In this document: one piece after another, positions 1 through 13,772 of the stretch
How positions within the stretch are numbered: the stretch's first letter is position 1
Layout: each line of letters begins with the position of its first letter
Assembly: GCF_964355755.1 (NCBI RefSeq)
Contig: NC_092678.1
Span: 3,674,422 to 3,738,421 of the forward strand
Source of the DNA: Antedon mediterranea
Lineage: Eukaryota > Animalia > Echinodermata
Direction of reading: 5' to 3'
Length of the DNA: 64,000 nucleotides
The notes under the pieces: generated by a model
The model's database searches: none
What the model saw: the letters and a program-made list of their open reading frames with translations, nothing else
What the model was told of the DNA's origin: nothing
Made by a program: the position numbers and the translations under genes

Positions 1-3000
1 TTAAAATGGTATGGACACATAATTAGACTACCGGATGATACAATACAGGAAATTAAAAGACCAGGAAAACCAAAAAATAACTAAATAAAAAAAATTTAAA
101 ATGAAAAAATGTAACAATAACAAACCATCCTGCCCGAAACATAGAAACAAATCATGGAAAGCGTCTGAATGATGAAAAACTATTTACTAAATTGTTTACA
201 GCAAGTCAATGACTACCAAAAGATGGTTATTTTAGAAGAATAAGAATTCTAATTTAAAAAACAAATCGAAAGGGAAATTCTCAAACCGTTCTGTCATTAA
301 AATGAACATAGGATTATTTGGAAATTGAACACAGCAGAAATGTGAAGGGAATCCCCAAAACGGCGTATAAAATGTTATATCCTTCACACACTCTAACATG
401 TGATTCTGCCAAAAGGGGAATCCCCGACATTAGTCAATTTGAGGATGAAGTACAAAGTAATAAACATGATGAGTAATAAAATGAGACTGTACATAACTTG
501 AGGGAAAAAACTCAATGAAAGAAAGGAAAAATCTTGACAATGTGCAAATTTACTGACCTATATCGGTGACGCACACACACACAGGTTGTTTGTGATTTTT
601 ACAAATTGCACAAAACCGCAAAACAATTAACCGTGTGATGTATATCGACTAATACACATATTATTTACATGTAATATTGAAAATCAAAGTGGTAGGCTAG
701 ACATTTTATCTTTGACAAGAACTCTAACAATTTATTTAAACTAAATACATCTTAGTCATATCTTTTTTCATTCCTTTATAAAATGGACATTATAATATAA
801 CTTTTTTTCATGACAATTAATAAAGTAAATTTAAAACTATTAAATAGAACATAAAAGTAATAAAGTATGAGGACAATAACTTTAAAAAGTTCACTATTAA
901 ACCCAACTTTTGCACATTTTAAAAATAAATGACCTCTGGTTTAAGAATATATCTGCCTTGATACTTTTACTAATTATACTGTCAACAGTTTCATGTTCAC
1001 GTTAAACCTGTTAAAACCCTCATTAAACAGTTTGTTCAGCGCCACCCATTTTAGTTTCCTCTTACACATCAAATATCCTCCACAACGAAGGACGAGATTC
1101 AAAAATTTATTTAAAAATAGGGGTAATAAGCGTACCCCTTTGCAGCTATCACATACTAAATTGGAGACAGGATTCCTTGCTAGGAAACTCCATGTGGTAC
1201 AATTTGACCAAAGTAGGCTGGAATTATCCAGTCATGTCGATCCGTTGATAGGAAACGTGGCTACACTGCCACGTCTGTGCCGAGAGAGGAGACATCAATA
1301 TGAGGGCACTCCCAGGGTCATGCTCAGTGTCATAACTACCTTCTCAACAAACAACAGGAAAAAAGTGCATACAGTATTATAAATTAATTTTGCAACAACA
1401 GAAATAAAATGCGATAAAATTGAATTACGAAGATCACAGTAACAGGTGCATCTAACATTTAGAATTTAGAACATTATTCTCACTAAACTTTCCTTTTAAA
1501 AGTTTGTATCATAATTTGGTTTTCAGATCACTGAATCACTTGGAGGAAATAAAGAAGGTTTTATCAATGAAACGAATGAAATTATTTGCAAATGTGCTGA
1601 ATGGTGCAAAGTTGAATACTACTTGAATTTTTGCAAGCATAGCACAGACCTGGGAATTTTGCAAGTGTAATAGAAAAGACCTAGAAATATGGCAGGTACC
1701 TGGAACTTGTTCACAAACTATGTATGCATGTCAACGATAAAATAATTAAGGAAATGTATATAATGCTACAAATTAGTGATGATTTATGATTTTAAAGTTT
1801 TAAAGTCACACTATTTTGGTGAAAAATTCTTTTTTAGTACAAATACCACTAAAATTAATTTTAAACAAATATTATACATCACTTTCAATAAAACTATTTG
1901 CAAGGTTGTACATAATATTTTGAATTATTCTGATAAAAAATAAAAATAAAATATGTACATTTAAAAAATTAAAAATGACACAACTGCCTATATCAATTTG
2001 TAACTGACTTATTTTGAAAAGGAAAGCATCTGTAGTCCATTTGCTAATCTAACTATATATAAAGGTTAAGGTTTGGCACACTCTTTATACCCTACTATTC
2101 TGTAAGAAAACCAGTTATTTTATTGCTTATTAACGGTATAAAAAAGATGTTTTTTAATTTTAAAATTTTAAAAGAAGTTATCATGGCTATTTTCTGCTTC
2201 CTAGAAAATAAATTAATAAACATTTGACTGGCAGGTTATGTCATACAAGTTCATAGCTGCTGTTTTGACATAATGGGCAAAATGTCTAAACCCACAAACC
2301 ACATCCAGGTACTTTAATAACCTTTGACACACCTTTAACCAAATCAGGCTCACTGGCATTTTATAAATCAAAGTGCTATTTTAGTGGTATTTAGTAGTGA
2401 TTATAAATTCTGAACTTGATCAATGACATTACCCATCTCCTAATTATATTTGTTTTATGAGTAATTTTCTAAAAAACAAGTAAACAGAAGCTCTTTCTAT
2501 TTAAATCAAAACAAACATAATTGGCGCCAAGGATTTCTAACGTTGTAAGCGATAAAAAAATTAACAGTTCCTGAGAAATGGTTTGAGAGTGTTTGCTCTC
2601 AGCTGATTTTTGTTACGCATAAACTTTCGTTTCTCTTCCGTCAGTACAGGCTTGATCTGATCTGCACTTACGGTAACAATGGTGCTGATGGACACATATA
2701 CGTGATGAATTGAAAACAGACCTCGTACACTTTCATAAGCTTTTTCGACGCTGTAAAGCCAGCTGTCTAGATTGTTCCCACGACTAAGCTACTGAATGAA
2801 TAATGTTAAGGAAGAAATCAAAGTTGTAAACAATAAGTATGGCTTGTTGATTTTAGTACTGGCCCAGTGTACTGTTATAGTAAAAATATAGCCTATAACC
2901 TATTGCTTTGTATAGGGTATGAAAAAATAACTTTGACAATCATCAGCATGCGACTTATTAATATTTTGCAAATGATGGTAATAAATAATAATAATAACTT

Positions 3001-3944
3001 TGTTTGCATAACTATGGAAACATCAGTTAGAGCATAGACCTATAAATTAGGTCCATGGTTAGAGAGATAACAAATGCAAAAATTGCCAGAAAAACAATGG
3101 TAACTTTTTGGATTAATGACATCATTATCATTTCTAATTAAGTTAAAACGTTATAAATGTATCGATTTGTGATAATCATATTGAGGGCATAATTAACACA
3201 CAAATCTTAATGTTGCCGGAAGGAAAATACAAAACACACAAAAGCATTATTAGACCTGTTAAAATATTGGAATATTTCATTAAAACAATTTTACGGTCAA
3301 AACATCTAGCCTCAGGGAATAATTGTGTTTATGTACGTGAGTCGTTAAGCCTACAAGCTCGGAATTCCGTCTCTCAAGGCAGTTTCATCAAGATAAAACT
3401 TTTTATCAAGCTGTGTATAAAACTATTTGTCTATATTTTAACAACTAAGGAATTGTTTTGTGTTGTCTCCGTCTGAATTCCTTTAAAAATCGAGTTTTTA
3501 AATGTTTTACATTTAATGCAGTTTCTTGGAAACGGAAGCTGTTCGGCTGGAATGTGAAAACTGTTTAAAAACAATGATTCCTTTTATTTTAAAATGACCA
3601 GACATTCTAATATGCTTCTTCAACAGGTGTTACATAATTTAAGCTTAATTAACTTCCGTCCTTATGTCTCCTGAAGTCTTAACAAATAGTGATGTGTTTA
3701 TGTATTAAATATGATTTTTTTTTATGAAAAACAATATTTTTTCGACAATGCAAAACCAACAATGATGTCCATTATTTACAAACGAACTATATTCAATTTA
3801 GTTACTTTACTCCCTCTGTTATTACTAAGCAACATTTTAAAGACTATTTTTGTGTGTAAAAAAACTATCTAAACCAGAATAATATATCTGTATTTCGGTA
3901 ACTTTTCTCTTTCTTCTAGGTAAAAAAAACAATTATTAACTTAC

Positions 3945-4087
3945 ATAAATGCCTTATAATTTGATCCTATCTTCTGGACTCTGATATCATATTTTGAGTC
4001 GATGAAAGATTCAGTGGTCGCATAGCAGTTGGTAATCGCAACAACGCTAGCGATGTCTTGAAAATCACTGTGACCTTCGACCCTCAC
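3945..4087 (-). CDS. Syn: Synapsin coding exon (domain C, ATP-grasp-like), 143 nt
   Basis: Minus strand reads ttttag|GTG AGG GTC...GCA TTT AT|gtaagt. Translation [47 protein letters not shown](M) matches the synapsin motif [48 protein letters not shown]. Splice sites are canonical and the exon is in frame with the 4247-4309 exon. Confidence 0.96.
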
Positions 4088-4246
4088 CTAAAAATGATAA
4101 CGTTTCAATTTTTTAATCTTAAAGTAAATACAATTTAATATAAGGTGTTTTTAAACAAACGTACAGCACAATTTCAACATATTATACTTCATGTGTCTTC
4201 ATCAGAATTTTAATGGTTCAACAAAAAATAAATGATGTTTGCTTAC

Positions 4247-4309
4247 CTTTCCCATTCCATTGTGAGCATGACCTATCTTGACAACTACAGGAAACTTTGG
4301 TTGAGAAAG
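4247..4309 (-). CDS. Syn: Synapsin coding exon (domain C), 63 nt, phase 0/0
   Basis: Minus strand reads ttttattgtag|CTT TCT CAA...ATG GGA AAG|gtaagc, giving LSQPKFPVVVKIGHAHNGMGK, the synapsin PVVVK(I/M)GHAHxGMGK signature. Confidence 0.96.
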
Positions 4310-7009
4310 CTACAATAAAACAAAAGTTATCAATGTATACCAGTTATTGACAACAGGATCAGAGGATTAACAACAATTATTATCTAAGGACTGTAGGAGC
4401 AACAGAAATTATGTTTTCAAGATGGAAGCCTATAATTTTGCTTCCATCAAATTGCATTATGGGATATACACATTTATTGTATATATCATAGCATTTGGAC
4501 TACCTGTTGCAGGTTGCAGTAGCCAATTAAAAGAAATAGTTTAAAAGTTAAAACACAATAAGATGATAATAATGACAATGAAATGTTTAACTAGTCTGTT
4601 TTAGTTTTTCAAACTAACTCGCAGTAATCATAAAAAATTAAGCTGCTATAAAGTTTGAATAACTAGATCAAACAAAAGTACAGTGCCTATAAACCTGTGA
4701 ATAGTGAATTCATATTATTAAGAACAAAATTATCAAAATCAAGTTATATTGTTATTTTTTAAGTTGTGAATATAAGTCTCATTGGAGAATTGTCATTGTT
4801 TTTGTAAATTACAACAGAAACGTTTTATTGCTACCACCTGATCTCAAGTTTTTACACTACCAGGGGAGGAAATAAAATTGCGATAAAAAATTAAAACGAA
4901 AATTCAGAACATCCTGGCAAACATTTGTTCCTAATACTTAATTTTTTACAATGTTTGATGTTGAATATCATTTCATATTCAACAACGCAATAAAATAATA
5001 CCAGTTGCGTACATTGATCCCACACAAGATGTAAACTTGGAAATCTTAACAAAATATGTACATAATTAAAAGAATTGTTTAATTAGTATAATCACATTGT
5101 TATTTCAACAAGACTAACACTGGGCTAAATAATTAATTTAAAGTGTAAATTAATAGAGTTGTTGTTTTAATTAAGAAATCCGGTTGGTATATATGCAGAT
5201 AATTAAAGGTTGAAATTTGTGTTTGATTTTTCTCAGCATGAATTAGTTTGAAATGGACTAATTTCAATTTCAGATGTTCAGATGTTGCTGCGAAACACAT
5301 ATGTTCACCAATTGAAAACTTCCTACATATACCAAACATTTTGTGTCCCAGAAAAATAAAAACTTTAGCTAGCTAGTCCCAGTCAACTATAAATGAGTCC
5401 CTGGTTGAAAAATAGCAAGGAGGAAAAAACAGTGTGGAAAGGAACTGAATGACACAATGATCTCTTAAGAGCTCATTGCCCTACATTTACCATGAATACG
5501 GGACTCAACACTGAATATATATTGAAGATTGAGCATGTTATACAAATTTGATCACCATAGACTAATACATCAAATGAACACCGATAATAACGGAACATTA
5601 AGACTATGAATGTGCGCACCAGTTCTTTCTTATTCAACAATTTTTAACATCATGCAAATTTTATCATGCACTATTTGCTAACATACAGTTTAAAATACAT
5701 TTTTATTTATAATTAAATTATGGATAAATTTTGTTTCGGCTATGTAATTTCAAAATAACTATTCTAAAACTTTTTATTTAGTCATTATTATATTTCACAT
5801 ATTGATATACTATTTGGTCTTATTAATTATTCAAATTTATTCATATCTTAATATTCTTGATTCAAATTTTTTATTCAGAATTTCGTATTATTTATTCAAC
5901 TTTTTTTCATTAGTTATTAACATTTTTATTAACTTTTCTTTCATACACTTGATACAACACATTAAACAGACAAGGAGAATTGATACAATAGGGAAGTGAG
6001 AACAGTATTTTACATGTATTTGTATGAATATGCAAATCACTACTCAATATATGCAAATATTTAAATGAACACTGTGAATATATTGTAATTTATAATGTTT
6101 TGTTTATTTTGTAATAATGTTTTGACATACTATTTATGTTGCATGATTTGAAATGTTTCTGCAAAAATACAAACACAATGGTTAGTGACATTTACACAAA
6201 CATTATTCATAAACATTTGAATTCAATAACTGAATTCCACAAACTGCAGTGGTGGAGAATGTACATTTGCTTTTATTGTAATACGAGCCGAATCATATAC
6301 AACATTTAAGGACGGAGAAATTGAACAAGTGAGTGGGTTGAAGTTTTGGAATGAGAAAGGGAGAGGAGGACGGATAGAGTGTAGCTTGCATTTTGTTTGA
6401 CTTGCATTCAGAAGTTCAAATATCAACTGTATTATTAAAATTAAAAATCTATTAATAACTATAAATTAAATACAACAAAAGCTGTATATAAACCAATAAA
6501 TGATTTCAAAATATCTACCAAATACTTTCTTTCAATTTTTGTTTTCTTTGCAGTTTACGATGTTAAGAATTTTGCAAAGTTTAAACTAAAAATTAAATAT
6601 TTTAGTACTCATTTGAATGCAAGTCTTCAGGGTTTTTTTTAGCTAGGTGTACGCCTAATCGTGCATATTCATGAGCATGCAAATTATCACCTGCATTAGA
6701 TGAGCCCGAAATTGCCCAGATCGTAGGGTCTAGATATGTAAAGAAATGTGGAAAAACAAAGAAAAAGATATAAGCAAAAGCAATACTTGTAAAATTAGGT
6801 GGCTTATTTCAATATAAATAATGACATTAACAAAAATTTACATTAAAATTATTAAAAATCATTTGCCAAAGCAGCCATTATTCCAATTGAAACTTGCAGA
6901 TTGTTTTCGAGCAGAATGAATGCAATTTTTATTTAAAATAGTACAAATCTGGAAAAATAGCTATTCTACCCTATTACCAAGTTATATAACACATCAGTAA
7001 TTATTTTTA

Positions 7010-7067
7010 CAGATTTCAAATGCATAATATGCAGATTTCAAATGCTTAATATGCAGATTTCAATGCA
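7010..7067. repeat. 22-bp minisatellite, about 2.6 copies
   Basis: CAGATTTCAAATGC(A/T)TAATATG repeated. Confidence 0.7.
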
Positions 7068-8014
7068 TGCTTAAACAAATACCTTTGAAAAGGATATATA
7101 TATATTAAGAGGATATCAATTTGCAAGGGTTTATTTCTATTATTTCTATTTAAGGTTAAAGTTGAGCTATAATAAAATGAAGTATGCATGACAATATATT
7201 AGATCACACATTAATAATCATAATTATGCATATTAAAGTGAAATTGACATAAAGAACAAATTTATACACATTCAAAATTGTTAAAAACAATTATGAATTA
7301 AATGCATAATAAAGGTATTAAAATGTTATTATGAATGAATTAATAGTACAATAATAATATAAAATTCATAATGGTAATGAATATGTTTTAAAAGAATGTA
7401 ATTTTTGTGCATTAATTGGTAACTATATAAAGTACATTATGTTGTTGTTTGTGATGTTTGATGTTTTATAAAGATTAATATAAATTATTGATAATAAATA
7501 ACACGAACAGCACATTATACTAGTCATTGGCTCATTATATTCAAGGTAACCATTTATGTTAGCAGCATAAATAAATCTTGTTAAAAGTTTAACCCATCTC
7601 TGACAGTGTTAAATGCCAGTAAACAAACCCATGCATTCTAAACCTATGGTGGTTGTACTGACCAGGGGTTGAACTAGGACCCTGTGGTTGACAAGCAAGC
7701 ATGTTAACACATTCTGCAGTGCCACAAAAGCTTATAAATGTAGGCCAAGCACAATATTTCAACAGTATACAAAAAAAACCAAATAGTGAGAATAAAAATA
7801 TTACTAAATATGTTTAATGTGATTTGATGATTTAATATTCAAATTTAGCAATAAAAAATTCCATTAACATGAAACCTATGACCTCCACCTGGGAGCGATG
7901 CAAGTTTTAAAAACAAACTGTATGATGTCTTAGTCATGGACTCACAACATCACGGTTAATTTTTGTTTGATAGACATGTCTTCAGGGATTAATTTGTTAG
8001 GAAAACATATACGC

Positions 8015-8410
8015 CTTTTTTACGCTGTTCTAACATCATGGGGTAGAGATAAATTTAACAGAATTCTACAAAATAGATTCAGAGGTATTTTGTGACAAAT
8101 TTACAACAACGCAATAATTGTTATATCATATATTTCATTTAATAAAAATTTCGAAGAAAATATGATGCTTTTACGCTGCTCTAACCAAACATCATAGGGT
8201 ACAAATTAACAGATTTCTACAAATTCAGGTATTTTGAGGTCAAGTTTCAACAACGCAATAAACGTTGTATCATTTATATTCCATTTCAAAAAATAAAAAC
8301 GAATTCAATTAAAATATTACACCATTATGCAGTTCTAGCACCATGGGGTTGAGATAAATTTAAAAAAATGTCTTGCAATATAAATCTTAGCAGGTATTTT
8401 GTAATAAATA
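8015..8410. repeat. Diverged tandem repeat, about 150-bp period, about 2.5 copies
   Basis: Blocks TACGCTG(T/C)TCTAAC..CAT(G/A)GGGT..AGGTATTTTG..CAACGCAATAA recur near 8021, 8172 and 8327. Confidence 0.6.
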
Positions 8411-9587
8411 TGTCTTAAAGTAAAAACAAAAATAAACACTATAGCTATGAAAGGAACACATATAAAAGATGTTTTTTGAAGATAAGAGGTCGTACTTCCT
8501 TTGCAACAAACTAAAAATTGTCTAAAATTAACTAACAATGCAATTAATTTCTTAACAAAGACACTAAAAACTGATGCTTATATTTAATAGTGTCTATCAT
8601 CAATAAATTAATATAATAACAAATAATTGGTCTTTTGTAAACTAATTTTGTTGCATTATCATATTATTAACAAAAGAAACTATCAAAATATTAAATAAAG
8701 TCACTTTCCAATAAATCTAGATATTTGTCCCATTAAAAAATCTTCTTCCGCATTTTATAGGTGGAAATGTTTTGTGATAACTATACCAATTTTTGTCCTG
8801 TACAACAAATGTTGTTTGGATATTTTTTTTTATCTTTGGAGACATTTAGGGTGTGACAATGTGGTGTAACTTAGATGGCAGGAAACCCTGCTTGCTGAAT
8901 AAACAAGGGCTATTTCTACCGAAACAGAATCACGTAAGACATTCCATTTAATAAACTTCACCCTCTGGTATAACACATTTTTTTTTTAATTACTCCAGGT
9001 AAAAATAATATAAATATTAGATATTAAAAATGTATAATATATAAGTATCATATAAACATTGTGTTAATAGCAAATATGCTAACTTTAATAAACTTCTCAA
9101 AAAGTCTTCAATTAATCACCATATCGTATCAATAAAAAAAAAAAAAAAAATCAATTTAAAATCCTAAAAGAATAAATTAATAAAAAATAATGTAAACTAA
9201 ACTAATGTTAATAATTATTATTATAAATAAATATATGTATAAAAGCTTTTTTATTTTGTTTGTTAATACTTAATAAAAATAAATATAACAATATAGCATT
9301 TGACCATAAATGACCCCTGTAAAAAATCTAACATGCCAATCACTTCTACAAATGAAATAATTCAGGGGCGTAAACAAAAATAAAATATACTACCAATTTA
9401 TACCAACTTCCTATCAATTTCTCACTACAATAAGATCTTACCCGAGGGAGGATGTTCACATATTGTAACAGCAACGTGCAAACTTCATAAGTGTTAGAAG
9501 CTCAAGAAAAGCAACAACTTCAAATTGGCTGACTACGTGAACACAGGTGCCTCTTTGCAAAGATTTGTTATCGGATAAACATAGAAA

Positions 9588-9714
9588 ATGGATGGATTGA
9601 TGATATTAAGATTAAGTTTTCTTCTTGTTGTTCTTTATCTTGGAGGTAATTTAGGAGAGAGCTGTAATTGCTCGCCGATGCACCCGCAACAGCAATTTTG
9701 TGATGCAGATTTCG
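9588..9714 (+). CDS. TIMP: TIMP-A coding exon 1
   Basis: ATG at 9588; MDGLMILRLSFLLVVLYLGGNLGESCNCSPMHPQQQFCDADF; donor G|gtaaga. Confidence 0.93.
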
Positions 9715-11939
9715 GTAAGAATAATTTATTTTGTTAATTCATTTTTTAAAAGAAAAATGGTAGTCAATCTATAAATTGAAATGAACGAATAGAATAAATA
9801 ACAAAGAATGTATTTAGAAGAAAAAAAACTTGGTAAAGAATTTAGCATTTTAAGATGTTTGTACAGTATTTAACAAACCTTTTCTTAGTTTAAAAACAAA
9901 TATTTAAATGTTATGTTTTTCTCATAAGTACACTGGATTAATAAAGCTTGTATATTACAAAAACATGGTTTACTTTCCATTTTAATTAATCTTAAAACTT
10001 TATACTATATCATTACTGTTTTTGGCACGCCCCGAAGTAATCAGCTGTTTAACCAAATATATATCCGTGATGCTATTTGTCTAAAAACTTTCAATGATAT
10101 AAGATATATAAAGAAAAAACTGTTAATTTATGTACAGCACTAATCTGATCGTGCACTTTGACTGGTACAAACAGCAATAACTTATTTGAAAACTTAAATG
10201 CTAATGTTGCATCTTTAGTATTTGATAATAATTGTTAATCTTTTTGCCTTAAAAACTGAATTTTTCTATGAATTTGAATAACCATCAGCAATATTAACAA
10301 TTGCAAACATTTATTTATTTATAGGTCTATTGACAATGCAATAACTTCATATAAATATTTCAGTAAATATGTTCATTCATTGACAATAAAAATATCAATA
10401 AACATACAAAACGCATAATATTTACGTTTCAAGAGAAGCTTGACACGGGAAATGAATCTACGATATTCACTCTTCCTAGGGATTAGCCGTGACCTTAAAA
10501 ATTAAAATAGTATTCAACGTAAACGTAAACAAACAATAGTAAATAAAAAGATGAAAATAATATGTATACTACTTTACATACTGTACACCTGTATTTTTGA
10601 AATAAATATTTAAATCCTGTTACTTATAATTAACTACGATTTTATTTTATTTCTATGACTGTTTTTTAAGTATTTTTATTTATTTCATCAGTATAATTTT
10701 ATTTTATTAACCATAATTTATGAAGTTTTTCCAAAACAAAAGTACTGATATCAAGGGTCCTCATTAATATCCTATTATTGATTCAACCTCATCAAAATAA
10801 ATGTGTGCAACATTTTCTTTCTGAGAAACATAGACATGTAGAAAATGATGTTAAAATATATTTTTTTTATTCTAGTTATTCGAGGACGCGTTGTTGCCAA
10901 GAAGGACAGTTTTCTACCACTAAACAATCAACTGGACAGCGGGGATAGTTATATAGATTATAACGTGACAGTAGAGAGGATCTTTAAGGGACACCAGAAT
11001 ATTAAGATACAGACGAATATTGCTATAACAACTGCCAAGGAAGATGGCCGTTGTGGTGTTAATGATCTCAATGTGCGAGATACGTACCTGTTTGCAGGTA
11101 TGGATAGAATCTCATTCTCTTGCACTCTTCATAATAGGCCTACATGATACATGAATAGGTATACAGTATAACCTCAAATGGGACACTCATATGGCACAAC
11201 AAATCAATATATAATAATCATCTTCTCATACAAACATGCACAATGATTTGATTGGTTTATGTTTAAATTTTTGTGTCCAGCATTTTTTCAGTATCAAAAT
11301 AATAATCAAGTTTTAATCAATATTTCGTTTTAAGGTAAGGGAAAACGGATGTTTGAGATAAAGAATTGCGACTGGGTTATTGGGTACAAGAAACTATCAA
11401 GAAAACAAAGACAAGGTGTTCGACATATGTATAAGCAATATTGCAACTCTTGCAAAGTAAGTTAACAATTAGTAAGATCTGTATTATTTCTAAAAAAATA
11501 TTTAAAAGAGATTTGGAAAAGGAAGATAGGAAATTTGGAGAGACACGCCCTTTGCCGATAGTTGTCTTTGACAGCTTTTGTCTCCCCCTTTTTATGTTTC
11601 AATTATTTTCAATAATGAACTTGTCGGGAATATAATTTTAGAAATTATGGAAAGCTATGTAATCTTTTAAACATTTTACTATCATACATGAAACTAATTC
11701 ATTTATTTTGTTCGCAGATTAGCCCATGTTATGACGAAGAATCATGTAACCAGGATGACTCGAATACGTGTATGTGGGACCTATCAAGCATGATGTACGG
11801 TGATCTTGACTGTGAAAGTATCTACTCGCGTTGTCTTCGTACTGCTGAAGGAACATGCAAATGGTTGCGATCAAAGGAGGTTCGCAGCTGCTTCGAAGGA
11901 CGAAAACATGCACGATTATCTCGTTTGATAAACCCATAG
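9588..11939 (+). CDS. TIMP: TIMP-A, tissue inhibitor of metalloproteinases, join(9588..9714,10876..11097,11335..11456,11718..11939), 230 aa
   Basis: Signal peptide MDGLMILRLSFLLVVLYLGGNLGES is followed by CNCSPMHPQQQFCDADFV (CxC..HPQ..FC motif), VIRG, IFKG, C-G and YLFAG motifs. All introns are GT-AG with phases 1,1,0. The exon sum is 693 nt, in frame, with 14 Cys in the mature chain. Confidence 0.95.
10876..11097 (+). CDS. TIMP: TIMP-A coding exon 2
   Basis: Acceptor tttttattctag|; (V)IRGRVVAKK...ERIFKG...DGRCGVNDLNVRDTYLFA(G); donor |gtatgg. Confidence 0.95.
11335..11456 (+). CDS. TIMP: TIMP-A coding exon 3
   Basis: Acceptor tttcgttttaag|; (G)KGKRMFEIKNCDWVIGYKKLSRKQRQGVRHMYKQYCNSCK; donor |gtaagt. 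Confidence 0.92.
11718..11939 (+). CDS. TIMP: TIMP-A coding exon 4 (C-terminal domain)
   Basis: Acceptor ttttgttcgcag|; ISPCYDEESCNQDDSNTCMW...DCESIYSRCLRTAEGTCKWLRSKEVRSCFEGRKHARLSRLINP*. Confidence 0.95.
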   Translation: MSPCYDEESCNQDDSNTCMWDLSSMMYGDLDCESIYSRCLRTAEGTCKWLRSKEVRSCFEGRKHARLSRLINP

Positions 11940-12730
11940 TCACATTTTATATATGAGTGTTGTGGCTGGCTGGAAAAAAAAAGCTTATCAAAGACCAACA
12001 ATTGGAAAAATGTTCTTCATAAAATAGGTATAATGGACGAGATGCTGACGGGAATGTATGTGAAGCAGATTATGTACAATCCAAAATACAAACGTTGATA
12101 ATTTTTACAACATTTGAACTGAAATAATTTGAAAAAAAAAGTATTATTTTATGATTATCATTGCAAACTAATTATTTGATGTCATAAAAATATCAATGTT
12201 GATAAAAACAAATTCTAATGTTATCACTGCCCAAAAAAAAATATTATAAAACATTTTAGTAAAAACATTTCCCAATTATCTTAAAACTGTTGATCAGTCA
12301 AATTTATCGAAAATTGTAAATATAGTTTTCATTTAGTTTACCTGCTTTTAGCCTTTCTTGTTTTATTGTTGTTTTTGGAAGTTAGGCTTTTAAAAGTGCA
12401 ATCTAATATTTAGTTTATCAATAATTCTAAATTAAAATTTTTTGTTTACTTATGAATTGATTTAGCTATGTCTGACAGAATGGTAGTACAGTGAGGTGTA
12501 TACGCAGTACCTCCAGCTAAGTCTAACACTACTTTTAGTACTTTACTTATGTTATATTTTTTTTATTTCACGATTGGAAAAGCCAATATTAGGTTTTACC
12601 TGAACATTCCTTTAATACAATTAGTTTACTTTTTAATTTTTATAAGTATGTTCAAAGTTATAAAATTAAACTATGCAAAACTCTTCTTGTAAAATATGTA
12701 AATAGATTTTTTTGCTTTTGACATGTGTGA

Positions 12731-12736
12731 AATAAA
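12731..12736 (+). terminator. Probable TIMP-A polyadenylation signal
   Basis: First AATAAA seen after the stop codon, followed about 15 nt later by a T/GT-rich tract. Implies an AU-rich 3' UTR of roughly 0.8 kb. Confidence 0.45.
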
Positions 12737-13772
12737 GATGGTAGATAACTTAGTTTTGTTTTTAATTTTCTCATACAATTCCTTATTTTGGACTATATCG
12801 GAAAATTCATTGATGGAATAACCTGAAAACGACAACTGATAGAAAATAGAAGATATGTTGCAGTTGGATCTAAGATGGACTAAGAAAATTCACCGACACA
12901 ATATCGTGGATTGAGCAAAACTAAATACAAAGACCTAAATTATGGGCAGGGTTAAAAAAAATGTCTTCTACAGTAATTCTCCATAAAGCTAGTTTCTTGA
13001 TGAACTACTTTAAAAACATGCTATAAGTTGTAAAAAACGTCCGACCTTCGATAAAAAAAGTGGGTGGATTTTATGGATTTTTTTGTTATTTGCCCACCTG
13101 TTTTAGCTGAGGACAGGCCATCTCTTTACCCATATCCTGTAGTTGGGATACTTAATTAGACACAGGAATTCCAAATCAACCCCTCGATCCATTCATTTTT
13201 AAGCACCATATAGCTACAGCACAAGGTTATTCATATGTCATGTATTATAAATAAAATAAAAATTAAAGATAATAACAATTAATATTAAGTAAAACAGCCA
13301 TAAAAATTCATATTAATAATTTTAAAGTTTTACAAATTTATGAATATTACGATCATTACCAAAAATTAATTATATTATGTTGAATAATCCGTTTCACCAA
13401 AAGAGTTTCAAAGATTTATAATCAAATTTTGACAAATTTATTAATTTGGCGATGTTCCAAATAGCTCTTTACCCTGGAAGCCTAATCCTAATTCACCCTT
13501 CCTCTGTTTGTATAGTGCCTGTCTCGTGGACAAAGCTTTCTTCGTATTTCTCAAAGGAAATACACAATCAAAATCTACTTTAATTTGTGACATATATCCT
13601 TTTTGATACAAACTTCACTTCCCTTGGTCATTTGTGCTGATGATAATAATTAGATTCATACTGGCTTAGATTTTTAGGCTGATAAAGTAAATTTGTCAAA
13701 ATTTGCTTCTTTCTACTATCTACAAAATAATTATGGAATGTCTTCATCAAAAAGGAAAAATATTGTGACCCG

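Noticed and set aside
993-1382. 129-aa plus-strand ORF over a GC-richer patch with small hairpins (ACGTGGC/GCCACGT)
   Set aside because: No recognisable domain. The minus-strand frames contain stops and do not encode the next synapsin exon (RTSxSGNWK), which probably lies left of the window.
7660-7725. tRNA-like B-box remnants on the minus strand (also 28215-28275)
   Set aside because: No cloverleaf; at most decayed SINE heads, not tRNA genes.
11719-11943. Minus-strand ORF overlapping TIMP-A exon 4 (similarly 62566-62754, 63644-63826, 63679-63879)
   Set aside because: Antisense shadows of real TIMP exons.
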